Made by a program: the position numbers and the translations under genes
Shown: positions 9,178-19,678 of the stretch, piece by piece
Layout of the letters: every line of letters starts with the position of its first letter
How positions within the stretch are numbered: position 1 is the first letter of the stretch
NCBI GenBank assembly: GCA_031285625.1
Contig: JAITVV010000011.1
Location: forward strand, 21,644-85,643
DNA length: 64,000 nucleotides
Direction of reading: 5' to 3'
From: Prevotella sp.
Lineage (GTDB): Bacteria; Bacteroidota; Bacteroidia; Bacteroidales; Dysgonomonadaceae
The notes under the pieces: model-generated
The model's database searches: none
What the model was told of the DNA's origin: nothing
Seen by the model: the letters and a program-made list of their open reading frames with translations, nothing else

Positions 9178-10659
9178 TTATCTTGGGTTTTGAGTAATGA
9201 TACCATTATTTTTATCAATTTCATCTTGAGGTATAGGCAATATTTCATCTCGATTGGCTACAAATCCTTTAAATAATTGAGGGCCTTTACCAAAACGAAC
9301 CACATCCCAGAAACGGAATCCTTCCATTGCAAGTTCCAGACGTCTTTCTTTCAGAATATCTTCAACTAACTGATCTCCTGATGATGTAATAGCCGGTAAT
9401 CCAACCCTGTCGCGCAACAGTTTCAAATACTTCTTCGCCTCCCCTTCGTTCTTTGTTGCACCTCTGGTACAAGCCTCTGCATAATTTAAATATACCTCAG
9501 CCAAACGGATAAGCTGGATATTCAGTGGATTATTTCTAATTTCTTTAGAGCGTTCACTTGGAGGCAAATAATATTTTTGATTAAAATAACCAGTTCTGTT
9601 ACGTTCCAGTTTCGCAAAATCTTCTGCAGACTCCCATGCTTTCAGGTCATCTTCGGTCAACAAAGTTGCATCTTTTCTCTCTGTATCACCAATTGCATCA
9701 AATGCATCTGCCAGAGCCTGATATGGCTGATTGATTCCGTAACCGTAAGTTACTCCGAACGGCATCATCATCAACACATGGAAATTACCGTTATTACTTG
9801 TTGCAGCCGATTGTGAAGGCGAATCGTAATGATTTATCTCCAGAATAGATTCAGTACTATGCTCTCCAGCCAAAGTAAACTGATAACCATAATCATCTAC
9901 AAGTTTGTAATCACCGGATTCTATTACTTTCAATGCAGCCGTTTTAGCTTCATCAAACTTTTCTTCATACAGATATACTCTGGAAAGCATTGCATAAGCA
10001 GCACCTTGTGTAATACGACCTGCATAATCTGCATAGTTAACTTCAGAGCGACGTGGCAATGCTGCTGCAGCTGCATTCAGGTCAATTTCAATCTGAGCAT
10101 ATACTTCAGCTTTAGGTGTCCGGGGTTTCCCTTTATCCGCAACAGTAGGAGTTGCAGTCAATAAAGGTACATCACCAAAACATTTTACTAATTCGTGATA
10201 GAAATATCCTCTGAGAAAAAGAGCCTCGCCTAGTAATGCATTTTTCTTGTAAACAGAGAATAATGCATCATCCATCTTGTTAATGCCATCTATGGTTTGA
10301 TTAGCCTTATTTATAGCCCTGTAGCATAACATATATCTATTTAATATACGTCCATTATCAGCAGGATAATCGTAAGCTTCCATACGTGCATACCCGGAAA
10401 CGTCGGCATCGGAACCACTATAAGTAGCGTCATCGGATAATATATCACCAAATGCCCACAATGTCCATGTATACCGGTAGTCTTTCATATCTGAATAAGC
10501 TGCGGTCAAAGATTGGAAAGCTTCTTCTTCTGTTTTGAAAAAATTATCGGTAGTAAGGCTTCCTAACTTACTTTTATCTAGGGCATCATCACAGCTATTC
10601 ATCAGGAACATACTGAGTCCGATAAATAAACATAATATTTTATTTGTTTTCATTGTCAT
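9178..10659 (-). CDS. SusD/RagB family outer-membrane lipoprotein
   Basis: Lipobox MNSC; GEALFLRGYFY, IRLAEVYLNYAEA, ERRLELAMEGFRFWD, LPIPQ. Confidence 0.93.
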   Translation of the reverse strand: MTMKTNKILCLFIGLSMFLMNSCDDALDKSKLGSLTTDNFFKTEEEAFQSLTAAYSDMKDYRYTWTLWAFGDILSDDATYSGSDADVSGYARMEAYDYPADNGRILNRYMLCYRAINKANQTIDGINKMDDALFSVYKKNALLGEALFLRGYFYHELVKCFGDVPLLTATPTVADKGKPRTPKAEVYAQIEIDLNAAAAALPRRSEVNYADYAGRITQGAAYAMLSRVYLYEEKFDEAKTAALKVIESGDYKLVDDYGYQFTLAGEHSTESILEINHYDSPSQSAATSNNGNFHVLMMMPFGVTYGYGINQPYQALADAFDAIGDTERKDATLLTEDDLKAWESAEDFAKLERNRTGYFNQKYYLPPSERSKEIRNNPLNIQLIRLAEVYLNYAEACTRGATKNEGEAKKYLKLLRDRVGLPAITSSGDQLVEDILKERRLELAMEGFRFWDVVRFGKGPQLFKGFVANRDEILPIPQDEIDKNNGIITQNPR

Positions 10660-10671
10660 ATTCCTTTTTAA

Positions 10672-13600
10672 TTAAAATGTTATACTCACGCCACCTGTTA
10701 TAGTCATAGCCTGTGGATATGTACCGATATCAACACCTCTACTTAAATAGTTAGTTGAAGTAATCTGTCCAACTTCAGGGTCTGCTCCGCTATAGTCCGT
10801 AAATGTAAACAGGTTTTGTCCTGTTACATATATTCTCAACTTCTGCATATAAGCTTTCTTTGAAAAAGACACAGGGAATGTATAGCCTAATTGGATATTA
10901 CGCAAACGCAAATATGATCCATCCTCTACATAGCGGTCAGAAATACGCATATTATCATTCACATCACTACCAGCCAGACGAGGTATATTTGTATTTGTAT
11001 TGTCCGGTCTCCAATAGTTTAATACAGCCACATCTTTATTTGTCACAGAAGAAAGATCATATGTATAATAACGCATAGCATTAAATATATCATTACCATA
11101 TGTACCTCCCCATTGCATATTCAGGTCAAATCCTTTATAACCGAATCCTAGATTGATACCATAAATAAAATCAGGAATAGGATTTCCTATTACAACCTTA
11201 TCTTGGTCATTTAATGATTCATCTCCATTTGTATTTACAAAAACGACATCTCCTAGTTGTGCATTTGGTTGTAGTTTCCTTACTTCAGTAAGTTGTGCTT
11301 CAGTTTGTACCAGTCCATTTGTCTTATAACCGTAGAATGCTCCTATAGGATCTCCCACACGGGTTAATGTTGCATTACCATTTCTTAAAGCGCCCCCTGT
11401 TATTGGAGAACCACTACCAATACTTAACATTTTGTTTTTAATTGTAGAGATATTAAATCCGACATTGTAACTGAAATCTCCGATCTGATCGCGCCAATCT
11501 ATATTGAATTCAAATCCTTTATTTTCAGCACTACCAATATTCGTCATCGGACCAGTTTCAAATCCTAAGTAATTAGGGATAGGTTCGGTAATTAACATGT
11601 CCTTTGTTTTCTTATAATAATATTCACCACTAAATGTCAAGCGACCACTTAAGAAGTTTGCATCAAGTCCGATATTGGTTGACTCTGTCGTTTCCCATTT
11701 TACATTTGCATTACCCATTTTTACGGCAACCAAGCCCTGATATAATTGTTGAGCCGAACCATTACCAAATAAATATGAATATTGAATATTAGAAGATAAT
11801 AAGTTCTGATACATATAGTTATCTATATTCTGATTACCTATACGTCCCCAACCGGCTCTCAATTTTAAAGAAGACACCCATCCTGCATTCAGGTTTTTAA
11901 AGAAATCTTCATTCGAAACTTTCCATCCTAAAGCAAATGAAGGGAAGTTACCATATTGATGATCACTACCAAATCTGGAAGAACCATCGCGACGAATAGA
12001 AGCCGTAAACAGATAACGATCATCGAAATCATAGTTGATACGTCCCAGATAAGAAATCAAAGCAGACTCATATGCAGTACCTACAGCTGTTGCTGAAGAT
12101 CCATCTTGTGCTGCATCCAGATATTGTAAATCAAAATCATTATTTGGTGTATTCTTTTTCGAGCCTTCTAGTGTTTCTGTGCGTCCCCATTCTCTGGTGT
12201 AACCGACAAGAGCGTTCACACTGTGTTTTTCAGCAAATGTCCTTGTATAATTTAATGTGTTTTCCCAAACAAAATAATCAGATTTAAGATAACCGCGAGT
12301 AACCATATTCACAGGATTTTTCTGATAACTGGAAACTTCGTAGGTAGGATTAAATATATAATCATCGGTTTTTCTCATATCCACACCGAAACTTGATTTG
12401 AACTTAAAGTATTTCAAAAAATTCAGGTCAGCATATATATTTCCAACGATACTGGTTGTTTTACTTTTATTATTTGTAAAGTCAATATCAGCTACAGGGT
12501 TATTATAGTCTACATATGGAGAAAATCCATAATTTCCATCCTCATCACGTACAGGAATTACAGGTTCTAGCTTGATTGCAGAGTTTACAATACCGACAGT
12601 ATTACTTCCTTCCAGAATTTTATTCGTTCTGGATTGAGATATATTCAGATTTGTCCCTAATACCAGAGTCTTTTTAATAATCGTTTTCTCTATATTTTGT
12701 CTAAAAGAAAGACGTTGATAGTCTGTTTTTTTAATCGTACCTTCCTGATCAATATATCCTACCCCCAAATTGTATGTATATTCATCAACCATACCACCTG
12801 ATATTCCCAGATTATAACTTTGAATAGCAGCAGTACGTGTAATTTCTTTCATCCAGTCTGTAGAAGTGTTGCGATCTACCTTAGAAAGATCGATAGGAGC
12901 ACTTCCTCTTACTTTATTTATCTCTGTCTGTAGATCATACCATTGAGGTCCATCCAGTAAGTCGAGTTTATTAACAACCTTACTTGCCCCATAATATGCA
13001 TCCAATGTTACAGTTGTTTTACCCGCTTTCCCTTGTTTAGTCGTGATCAACACCACACCATTTGCACCTCTGGCTCCATAAATAGCTGTAGCCGAGGCAT
13101 CTTTTAAGATTTCCATCGACTGTATGTCTGACGTACTAAGGTAATCGATGTTACTTACAGGCATTCCATCGACTACATATAATGGGTCTGAATTATTAAC
13201 AGTACCAATACCTCTGATACGTACATTTATAGAACCACCTGGAGCTCCTGAATTTGATGTAACGATAACACCCGGAACTTGTCCCTGCAAGGCCTGTGCT
13301 ACATTGGCTACAGGTTGTCTTGATATCGCATCGGATTTTACTGAAGATATAGCTCCTGTAACATCACTCTTTTTCATCACTCCATATCCTACAACAATTA
13401 CCTCATCCATCATCTGGGCATCTTCTTCCATTGTTATACTGATATTTGTCTGATTACCTACAGCAATCGATTGAGCTTTGTATCCTATATAAGTAAACAC
13501 TAATGTAGCATCAGAAGTCGTTGCAATACTATATGCCCCATCTATATCAGTCATAGTTCCATTAGTAGTTCCCTTTATCGTTACACTAACTCCCACTAAG

Positions 13601-13770
13601 GGTTCTCCCTGTGAATCTATAACTTTCCCTTGAACTGTAACTCTTGCTTGTTGTTGTTCCACAACACCATCTGATTTCAGACTGTAAGCATATATATTTC
13701 CTACAGACGAGCAAATTAGCCCGATGGCCAACAAACAAAGAATTTTCATGTGTGTTTTTGAGTTATTCAT
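10672..13770 (-). CDS. SusC/RagA TonB-dependent transporter
   Basis: GEPLVGVSV CarboxypepD-like domain, VVGYG, LKDASATAIYGARGANGVVLITTK, C-terminal F. Confidence 0.95.
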   Translation of the reverse strand: MNNSKTHMKILCLLAIGLICSSVGNIYAYSLKSDGVVEQQQARVTVQGKVIDSQGEPLVGVSVTIKGTTNGTMTDIDGAYSIATTSDATLVFTYIGYKAQSIAVGNQTNISITMEEDAQMMDEVIVVGYGVMKKSDVTGAISSVKSDAISRQPVANVAQALQGQVPGVIVTSNSGAPGGSINVRIRGIGTVNNSDPLYVVDGMPVSNIDYLSTSDIQSMEILKDASATAIYGARGANGVVLITTKQGKAGKTTVTLDAYYGASKVVNKLDLLDGPQWYDLQTEINKVRGSAPIDLSKVDRNTSTDWMKEITRTAAIQSYNLGISGGMVDEYTYNLGVGYIDQEGTIKKTDYQRLSFRQNIEKTIIKKTLVLGTNLNISQSRTNKILEGSNTVGIVNSAIKLEPVIPVRDEDGNYGFSPYVDYNNPVADIDFTNNKSKTTSIVGNIYADLNFLKYFKFKSSFGVDMRKTDDYIFNPTYEVSSYQKNPVNMVTRGYLKSDYFVWENTLNYTRTFAEKHSVNALVGYTREWGRTETLEGSKKNTPNNDFDLQYLDAAQDGSSATAVGTAYESALISYLGRINYDFDDRYLFTASIRRDGSSRFGSDHQYGNFPSFALGWKVSNEDFFKNLNAGWVSSLKLRAGWGRIGNQNIDNYMYQNLLSSNIQYSYLFGNGSAQQLYQGLVAVKMGNANVKWETTESTNIGLDANFLSGRLTFSGEYYYKKTKDMLITEPIPNYLGFETGPMTNIGSAENKGFEFNIDWRDQIGDFSYNVGFNISTIKNKMLSIGSGSPITGGALRNGNATLTRVGDPIGAFYGYKTNGLVQTEAQLTEVRKLQPNAQLGDVVFVNTNGDESLNDQDKVVIGNPIPDFIYGINLGFGYKGFDLNMQWGGTYGNDIFNAMRYYTYDLSSVTNKDVAVLNYWRPDNTNTNIPRLAGSDVNDNMRISDRYVEDGSYLRLRNIQLGYTFPVSFSKKAYMQKLRIYVTGQNLFTFTDYSGADPEVGQITSTNYLSRGVDIGTYPQAMTITGGVSITF

Positions 13771-14507
13771 AATACTTTGTTTATTAATTATTTTGATACT
13801 TTCCCTATTTACTGTGAATTAATAGCACTGAGCTATCATACATTTTATGAGCAGATTCCCGATTCAACAATAAGTACTAAAACATGAGAAGATTTAAAGA
13901 CTAGACTAGACCAGATTCAAAGCTTTTTTTTCATAAGTTCGTTTTATAGAGGTTATACATATTTTGAGAAATGAGTCTTAAACTATTGGAATAATTAAGA
14001 TCGCTATTCGATTTAGAGCTTTACAAATATAAAATGTTTTTATATATCTTTTTAGAGTCATTTAATTATTTTAATATTTATTATATTTAGTTTGTATATT
14101 TTTACATTAATAAAACTATGAATTATATATAAATATCTAATTAAAAGTATTTTAATATACAAATAATAAATACAATAAGAATTATATTTTTATATCATAC
14201 ATATATTTTCACATTTATTAAATACAATATGCATTAAAATTAGAACATAGAAGAACACAGAAGCCTGAAAAGAAATCTATATATAGAAATATTTAGCAAT
14301 AATCAGATTCAATAAATATAAATAATTAAATATTTGTATATAAATACAAATTATTGTTAATTTAATGATTTTAACAAAGTAGAAATTATTCAATTTAAAT
14401 ATATCATCTTATATTTGCTCAATAATCCAACAAAATAAGAACCACATATCATTATAATCTCTAATCTTTTATCTTTGGCAATTAAAAACAAATTAAAGGA
14501 TTAAACT

Positions 14508-15674
14508 ATGAAAAGATTAATTAATATAACACTGCTATTCTTATGCACATTGGTTATTAATGCGCAAAATGGTCAAGTCATAACAGGAGCAGAATCTATA
14601 AATGAGTACTTCCCCTTAATAAAAGGGAAAAGAGTTGCTCTGGTTTCTAATCACACCGGTATGATAAAGGATCAGCATGTAGTAGATATATTAGTAAAAG
14701 AGAATATAAATGTAACAGCTATATTTTCTCCGGAACACGGATTCAGAGGAAATGCCGATGCAGGAGAACATGTTGCCAGTTCTGTTGACAAAAAAACAGG
14801 AATTCCAATTCGTTCACTGTATGATGGAAAAAGTAGAAAACCCAGCAAACAATCAATGGAACTTTTCGATGTTCTTTTATTTGATATTCAAGATGTAGGC
14901 CTAAGATTTTACACCTATTATATAACAATGTTCAGATTGATGGACGTGTGCGCAGAATATAACAAAGCGATGATCATACTTGACAGACCAAATCCAAACG
15001 GGCATTATGTAGATGGTCCCATAATGAATATGAAATACAAATCAGGTGTAGGATACCTGCCAATCCCCGTAGTACATGGTATGACTCTGGGAGAACTGGC
15101 TCTAATGATCAATGGAGAAGGTTGGCTGCCCGAGTCGAAAAAATGTGATATAACAATAGTGAAATGCAAAAACTATACGCATAAGACAATGTACCAACTA
15201 CCGATAGCACCTTCGCCTAATCTGCCAAATATGAAATCAATATATCTGTATCCATCCACATGCTTATTTGAAGGCACACCTGTGAGCCTGGGTAGAGGGA
15301 CATCTTATCCGTTCCAGGTATATGGACACCCTCAAATGAAAGGATATACATTTAGTTTTACACCCAAAAGCATCCCCGGAGCAAAGAATCCTCCTCTGCT
15401 AAATCAAAAATGTTTTGGAGTAGATTTAAGAAATATACCTGACGAAAATATATATACAAAAGGTATCGATCTTTCCTACATAATAGACGCTTATAAGAAT
15501 CTGAAAATGGGAAATAAATTTTTCACCTCATTCTTTGAGAATCTGATTGGCGTTGATTATGTAAGGAAAATGATTGTACAAGGTAAATCAGCAGATGAAA
15601 TTAAGGAAATGTGGAAAGATGATGTTGAAAAGTTCAAACAACAGCGTAAACCATATTTATTATATGAAGAATAA
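14508..15674 (+). CDS. namZ: Exo-beta-N-acetylmuramidase (DUF1343/GH171), paralog 1
   Basis: Signal peptide; FSPEHGFRG, DIQDVGLRFYTY, LDRPNP, HGMTLGELA, PSPNLP. Confidence 0.9.
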   Translation: MKRLINITLLFLCTLVINAQNGQVITGAESINEYFPLIKGKRVALVSNHTGMIKDQHVVDILVKENINVTAIFSPEHGFRGNADAGEHVASSVDKKTGIPIRSLYDGKSRKPSKQSMELFDVLLFDIQDVGLRFYTYYITMFRLMDVCAEYNKAMIILDRPNPNGHYVDGPIMNMKYKSGVGYLPIPVVHGMTLGELALMINGEGWLPESKKCDITIVKCKNYTHKTMYQLPIAPSPNLPNMKSIYLYPSTCLFEGTPVSLGRGTSYPFQVYGHPQMKGYTFSFTPKSIPGAKNPPLLNQKCFGVDLRNIPDENIYTKGIDLSYIIDAYKNLKMGNKFFTSFFENLIGVDYVRKMIVQGKSADEIKEMWKDDVEKFKQQRKPYLLYEE

Positions 15675-15699
15675 TCACAATCTAAATAAATAACCAAAA

Positions 15700-17157
15700 A
15701 TGAAAATCAATTGTTTTATACCTTTTCAAAGCACGGACCAAGTTAGAGCAACTATAGCTTCTTTAAAATCATCCAGTCTTGTTGGTAAAGTATTTTTACT
15801 AACAGATAACAACTGTAAAGATATGGTAGATGACTGTGAGATAATCAATATAGATTCATTACGGTCGACCGAAACAATAAAGAAAATAGCATCTAAAGCA
15901 AATACTGAATATACATTAATCTATACCAAACCGGCAGATCTTCGATTAGGCATGTTTGCTCTCGATCGCATGCTGCAAATAGCCAAAGACTCGGGTGCAG
16001 GATTAGTATATGCAGACCATTATCAGTCGGCAAACGACGAAAAGAAAAACAGCCCTGTTATTGCTTATCAGAAGGGTAGTCTGCGCGATGATTTCAATTT
16101 TGGTTCTGTACTGATATATAAATCAGAAAGCCTGAAAAAGGCTGTTTCTGAAATGGATACAGCGTATAAGTTTGCAGGATTATATGACCTGCGCTTAAAA
16201 GTATCACAAGGAGCTGAACTTGTACATATCAACGAATATTTGTATACAGAGGTGGAGAACGACACCCGTAAAAGTGGGGAGAAAATATTCGACTATGTAG
16301 ACCCGAAAAACAGGGATATGCAAATAGAAATGGAGAAAGTCTGTACCGATCATCTGAAGAAAATAGGTGCATACCTTGTTCCTGAATTCAAGAAAGTAGA
16401 GTTCAACCAATCTGAATTTGAATATGAAGCTTCCGTTATTATCCCAGTAAGAGATCGTATACGAACAGTTGCTGATGCGATAAAATCAGTGTTAAATCAA
16501 AAGACCAATTTTAAGTTCAACCTTATTGTGGTAGACAATTATTCTACTGACGGAACAACAGAAGCGATAGATAAATTCGCTTCCGACGAGCGCTTAATCC
16601 ACGTTATCCCTGAGAATAAAGAATTAGGAATCGGCGGGTGTTGGAATGCGGGTGTTCACCATCCTAAATGCGGTAAATTTGCTATACAATTAGATAGTGA
16701 TGATGTATATTCCGATGAAAATACTTTACAAAAAATAGTGGATGCATTTTACGCACAAAATTGTGCTATGGTAGTTGGGACATATATGCTTACCGACTTC
16801 GATATGAATATGATACCTCCGGGAATTATCGACCATAAAGAATGGACACCCGAAAATGGAAGAAACAATGCTTTAAGAATCAACGGACTTGGAGCTCCCC
16901 GCGCTTTCTATACTCCGGTACTGAGAGATATAAAAGTACCAAATACCAGCTATGGTGAAGATTATGCATTGGGATTGTATTTCTCCAGAGAGTATCAGAT
17001 AGGACGCATATATGATGTATTATATCTATGCCGCCGTTGGGATGATAACTCAGATGCCTCGCTGGATATCGTAAAAATGAATGCACACAATACATATAAA
17101 GACAGAATCCGTACATGGGAAGTAGAAGCTCGTATTGCTTTAAATAAGAGCAAGTGA
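15700..17157 (+). CDS. Two-domain glycosyltransferase family 2 protein
   Basis: C-terminal GT-A fold: SVIIPVRD, VDNYSTDGT, LDSDD, GEDY; N-terminal degenerate GT-A-like domain. Confidence 0.85.
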   Translation: MKINCFIPFQSTDQVRATIASLKSSSLVGKVFLLTDNNCKDMVDDCEIINIDSLRSTETIKKIASKANTEYTLIYTKPADLRLGMFALDRMLQIAKDSGAGLVYADHYQSANDEKKNSPVIAYQKGSLRDDFNFGSVLIYKSESLKKAVSEMDTAYKFAGLYDLRLKVSQGAELVHINEYLYTEVENDTRKSGEKIFDYVDPKNRDMQIEMEKVCTDHLKKIGAYLVPEFKKVEFNQSEFEYEASVIIPVRDRIRTVADAIKSVLNQKTNFKFNLIVVDNYSTDGTTEAIDKFASDERLIHVIPENKELGIGGCWNAGVHHPKCGKFAIQLDSDDVYSDENTLQKIVDAFYAQNCAMVVGTYMLTDFDMNMIPPGIIDHKEWTPENGRNNALRINGLGAPRAFYTPVLRDIKVPNTSYGEDYALGLYFSREYQIGRIYDVLYLCRRWDDNSDASLDIVKMNAHNTYKDRIRTWEVEARIALNKSK

Positions 17158-17181
17158 CAAATTGTAGTTAAACAAGTTTTG

Positions 17182-17229
17182 AAAAAGTGAGAGTCAGAAA
17201 AACTACTCATGATAAGGCTCTCACTTTTT
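17182..17229 (+). other. Intra-operon stem-loop
   Basis: aaaaagtgagag ... ctctcacttttt 12-bp inverted repeat with a long loop. Confidence 0.45.
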
Positions 17230-17248
17230 GATCTAAACAAAAAAAAGT

Positions 17249-18181
17249 ATGAACTTAACTTCAAAAATAGCGAAAGATTTACTCCGGGATCAACTTGATG
17301 AATGGCCTCTGGCTAAAACCAATTTTGATGCACTGAAAGGTGTAAAATCCAAAGAATTCCAATTCGATGATTTTATTATCAAAGTACAGTTTAATCCTGC
17401 CCGTATTCAATCATCAGCAGCTAAAGTGGATGCAAAGTCTATTCAGGAGAGAAAATGCTTTTTGTGTCCGGCTAACTTACCTAAGGAGCAAAAAGGAATT
17501 CCATTTGGTGATTATCAGCTACTCGTTAATCCGTTTCCTATATTTCCGGAGCATTTTACTATACCTGCTTATGAGCATACTGACCAATTGATCTTAAACA
17601 GATATGGCGATATGCTTGATCTGGCTAAAAGCCTGGATAAATATACTGTATTTTATAACGGACCAAAATGTGGAGCTTCGGCACCGGATCATGTGCATTT
17701 TCAAGCCGGAAGCAGAGGTTTTCTACCCTTAGAAATTGAAATAGAGAACATACCCAGAGAAATAATATACAGAACGAATGAACTCAATGTATTTATCATC
17801 CACAACTATCTGAGAAATAGTTTCTTTATAGAGACTAAAAATAGAGAGCAAGCCATACAGTTCTTTAAACAGCTATACTCTTTACTTGAAATAAAAGAAG
17901 GTGATAACGAGCCGATGATGAATATTCTGACATGGTACGAAAATGGAATATGGTACAGTTACATTATACCTCGCGAAAAACACCGTCCTGCCTGCTTCTT
18001 CGCAGAAGGAGATGATAATATACTGATCAGTCCTGCTGCTGTAGATCTGGGAGGTGTGTTCATTACTCCTTTAGAAAAGGATTTTAATAAAATCACCTCG
18101 GATGATATAAAAGGAATTCTAAAAGAAATATGCATCAGCAATCAAAAGATGCGCTCAATCATTGAAAAATTAAAACGATAA
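17249..18181 (+). CDS. DUF4922 protein, HIT/GalT-like nucleotide phosphorylase/transferase
   Basis: VQFNPARI, CFLC, LVNPFPIFPEHFTI, GASAPDHVHFQ (HxHxQ). Confidence 0.8.
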   Translation: MNLTSKIAKDLLRDQLDEWPLAKTNFDALKGVKSKEFQFDDFIIKVQFNPARIQSSAAKVDAKSIQERKCFLCPANLPKEQKGIPFGDYQLLVNPFPIFPEHFTIPAYEHTDQLILNRYGDMLDLAKSLDKYTVFYNGPKCGASAPDHVHFQAGSRGFLPLEIEIENIPREIIYRTNELNVFIIHNYLRNSFFIETKNREQAIQFFKQLYSLLEIKEGDNEPMMNILTWYENGIWYSYIIPREKHRPACFFAEGDDNILISPAAVDLGGVFITPLEKDFNKITSDDIKGILKEICISNQKMRSIIEKLKR

Positions 18182-18186
18182 TAAAC

Positions 18187-19482
18187 ATGGAACCAAAAGT
18201 AAGTGTCGGCATCTTATGGAATAACAGAATATCATTTATTCTGAGTTCTGGTTACTTATATCAGGGAAAACAAGTCTCTGACGTAAATACTGTTTCATAC
18301 ATAGATGGAAAAATATTATGGAATGGGAAAACGTATGATGAATTATATTTTGAACCAACAGCTAATAATGCCTCATTTATCATTAAGGATGTTGTTATTG
18401 GTATTAATTTTCATTGGGAACGCAAAGAAGACCAGGAATTTCAGGGAGCACTGAAATTGATAGTTGAAAACAATATGATAACAGCTATCAACATCATCAA
18501 AGTAGAAGACTACCTTACCAGTGTTATATCATCAGAAATGAGTGCGACGGCTTCGCTGGAGCTACTTAAAGCACATGCTGTAATATCGCGTAGCTGGCTT
18601 TTGGCACAGATAGAAAAGAATAAAGAAATTGTTGCAAGCAAAGAACAATACACAACATTTACCGAAACCGAAAATGAACGTATCCGCTGGTATGACAGGG
18701 AAGACCATACAAACTTTGATGTATGTGCCGATGACCATTGTCAGCGATACCAAGGAATAACACGTACTTTTGCCAATATAGAAGTGGTAAAGAAAGCCAT
18801 AAACGAAACAAGAGGACAGGTATTAAAATCGGAAAATAAAATATGCGATGCCCGTTTTTCCAAATGCTGCGGAGGAATTGCAGAAGAGTTTCAAAACTGT
18901 TGGGAAGATATCAAATTCCCCTATCTGGTAAAACTCAGGGATGACGATAAAATTCAGGATATACCCGATCTTACACAGGAAAGCGAATCTGTAAAATGGA
19001 TTCAAACCCGCCCTTCGGCTTTCTGTAATACCAAAGACAAAAAAATACTAGAACAGGTCTTAAATAATTACGATCAGGAAACGACTGATTTTTATCGTTG
19101 GCAAGTTGTTTATAGCCAAAAAGAATTATCTGAACTGGCTTATAAACGCTCAGGAATAGATTTTGGAACCATAGAAGAGTTGATTCCTGTTGAGAGGGGT
19201 ACATCAGGACGCCTTATAAAGCTAAAGATAGTAGGTTCAAAAAAAACTATGACCATTGGTAAAGAACTGGAAATACGCCGTACATTATCTACCTCGCACT
19301 TATATAGCTCTGCATTTATTGTTGACAAAAAAGATGATAAATTCATCCTTACTGGTGGAGGTTGGGGGCATGGTGTAGGACTATGTCAGATAGGTGCAGC
19401 AGTTATGGGCGAAAAAGGATATTCATACGATAAGATTTTATTGCATTACTATATTGATGCAACCATTGAGAATTTATATTAA
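18187..19482 (+). CDS. SpoIID/LytB domain protein (lytic transglycosylase family)
   Basis: VEDYLTSVISSEM, LKAHAVISRS, DVCADDHCQRYQG, GGWGHGVGLCQIGA, ILLHYY. Confidence 0.9.
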   Translation: MEPKVSVGILWNNRISFILSSGYLYQGKQVSDVNTVSYIDGKILWNGKTYDELYFEPTANNASFIIKDVVIGINFHWERKEDQEFQGALKLIVENNMITAINIIKVEDYLTSVISSEMSATASLELLKAHAVISRSWLLAQIEKNKEIVASKEQYTTFTETENERIRWYDREDHTNFDVCADDHCQRYQGITRTFANIEVVKKAINETRGQVLKSENKICDARFSKCCGGIAEEFQNCWEDIKFPYLVKLRDDDKIQDIPDLTQESESVKWIQTRPSAFCNTKDKKILEQVLNNYDQETTDFYRWQVVYSQKELSELAYKRSGIDFGTIEELIPVERGTSGRLIKLKIVGSKKTMTIGKELEIRRTLSTSHLYSSAFIVDKKDDKFILTGGGWGHGVGLCQIGAAVMGEKGYSYDKILLHYYIDATIENLY

Positions 19483-19508
19483 GAGTTGTTTAAAATATTT
19501 CCGTTTCT

Positions 19509-19612
19509 TTTGTCATGTTGAACGCAGTGAATTGAAAATCGGCAGAGCGAAGGGGAGCCAAACTCTCGTGTTAATTAGGATCGAGATTCTATGTTACACT
19601 CAGAATGACAAA
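19509..19612 (+). repeat. REP-like element, copy 2
   Basis: tttgtcatgttgaacgcagtgaattgaaaatcggcagagcgaag...gagattct...cagaatgacaaa. Confidence 0.85.
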
Positions 19613-19678
19613 GAAGATAAACTTTAAATAATGTGATATCACTTTTAAGAAAGCCAAAATACAACTAAACATAAAATC

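Noticed and set aside
13917-13934. Minus-strand MKKKL mini-ORF with an A8 tract upstream of the first susC
   Set aside because: Expected by chance in AT-rich DNA; no convincing associated structure
19394-19627. 77-aa ORF after spoIID
   Set aside because: Out-of-frame overlap plus translation of REP copy 2; no protein features
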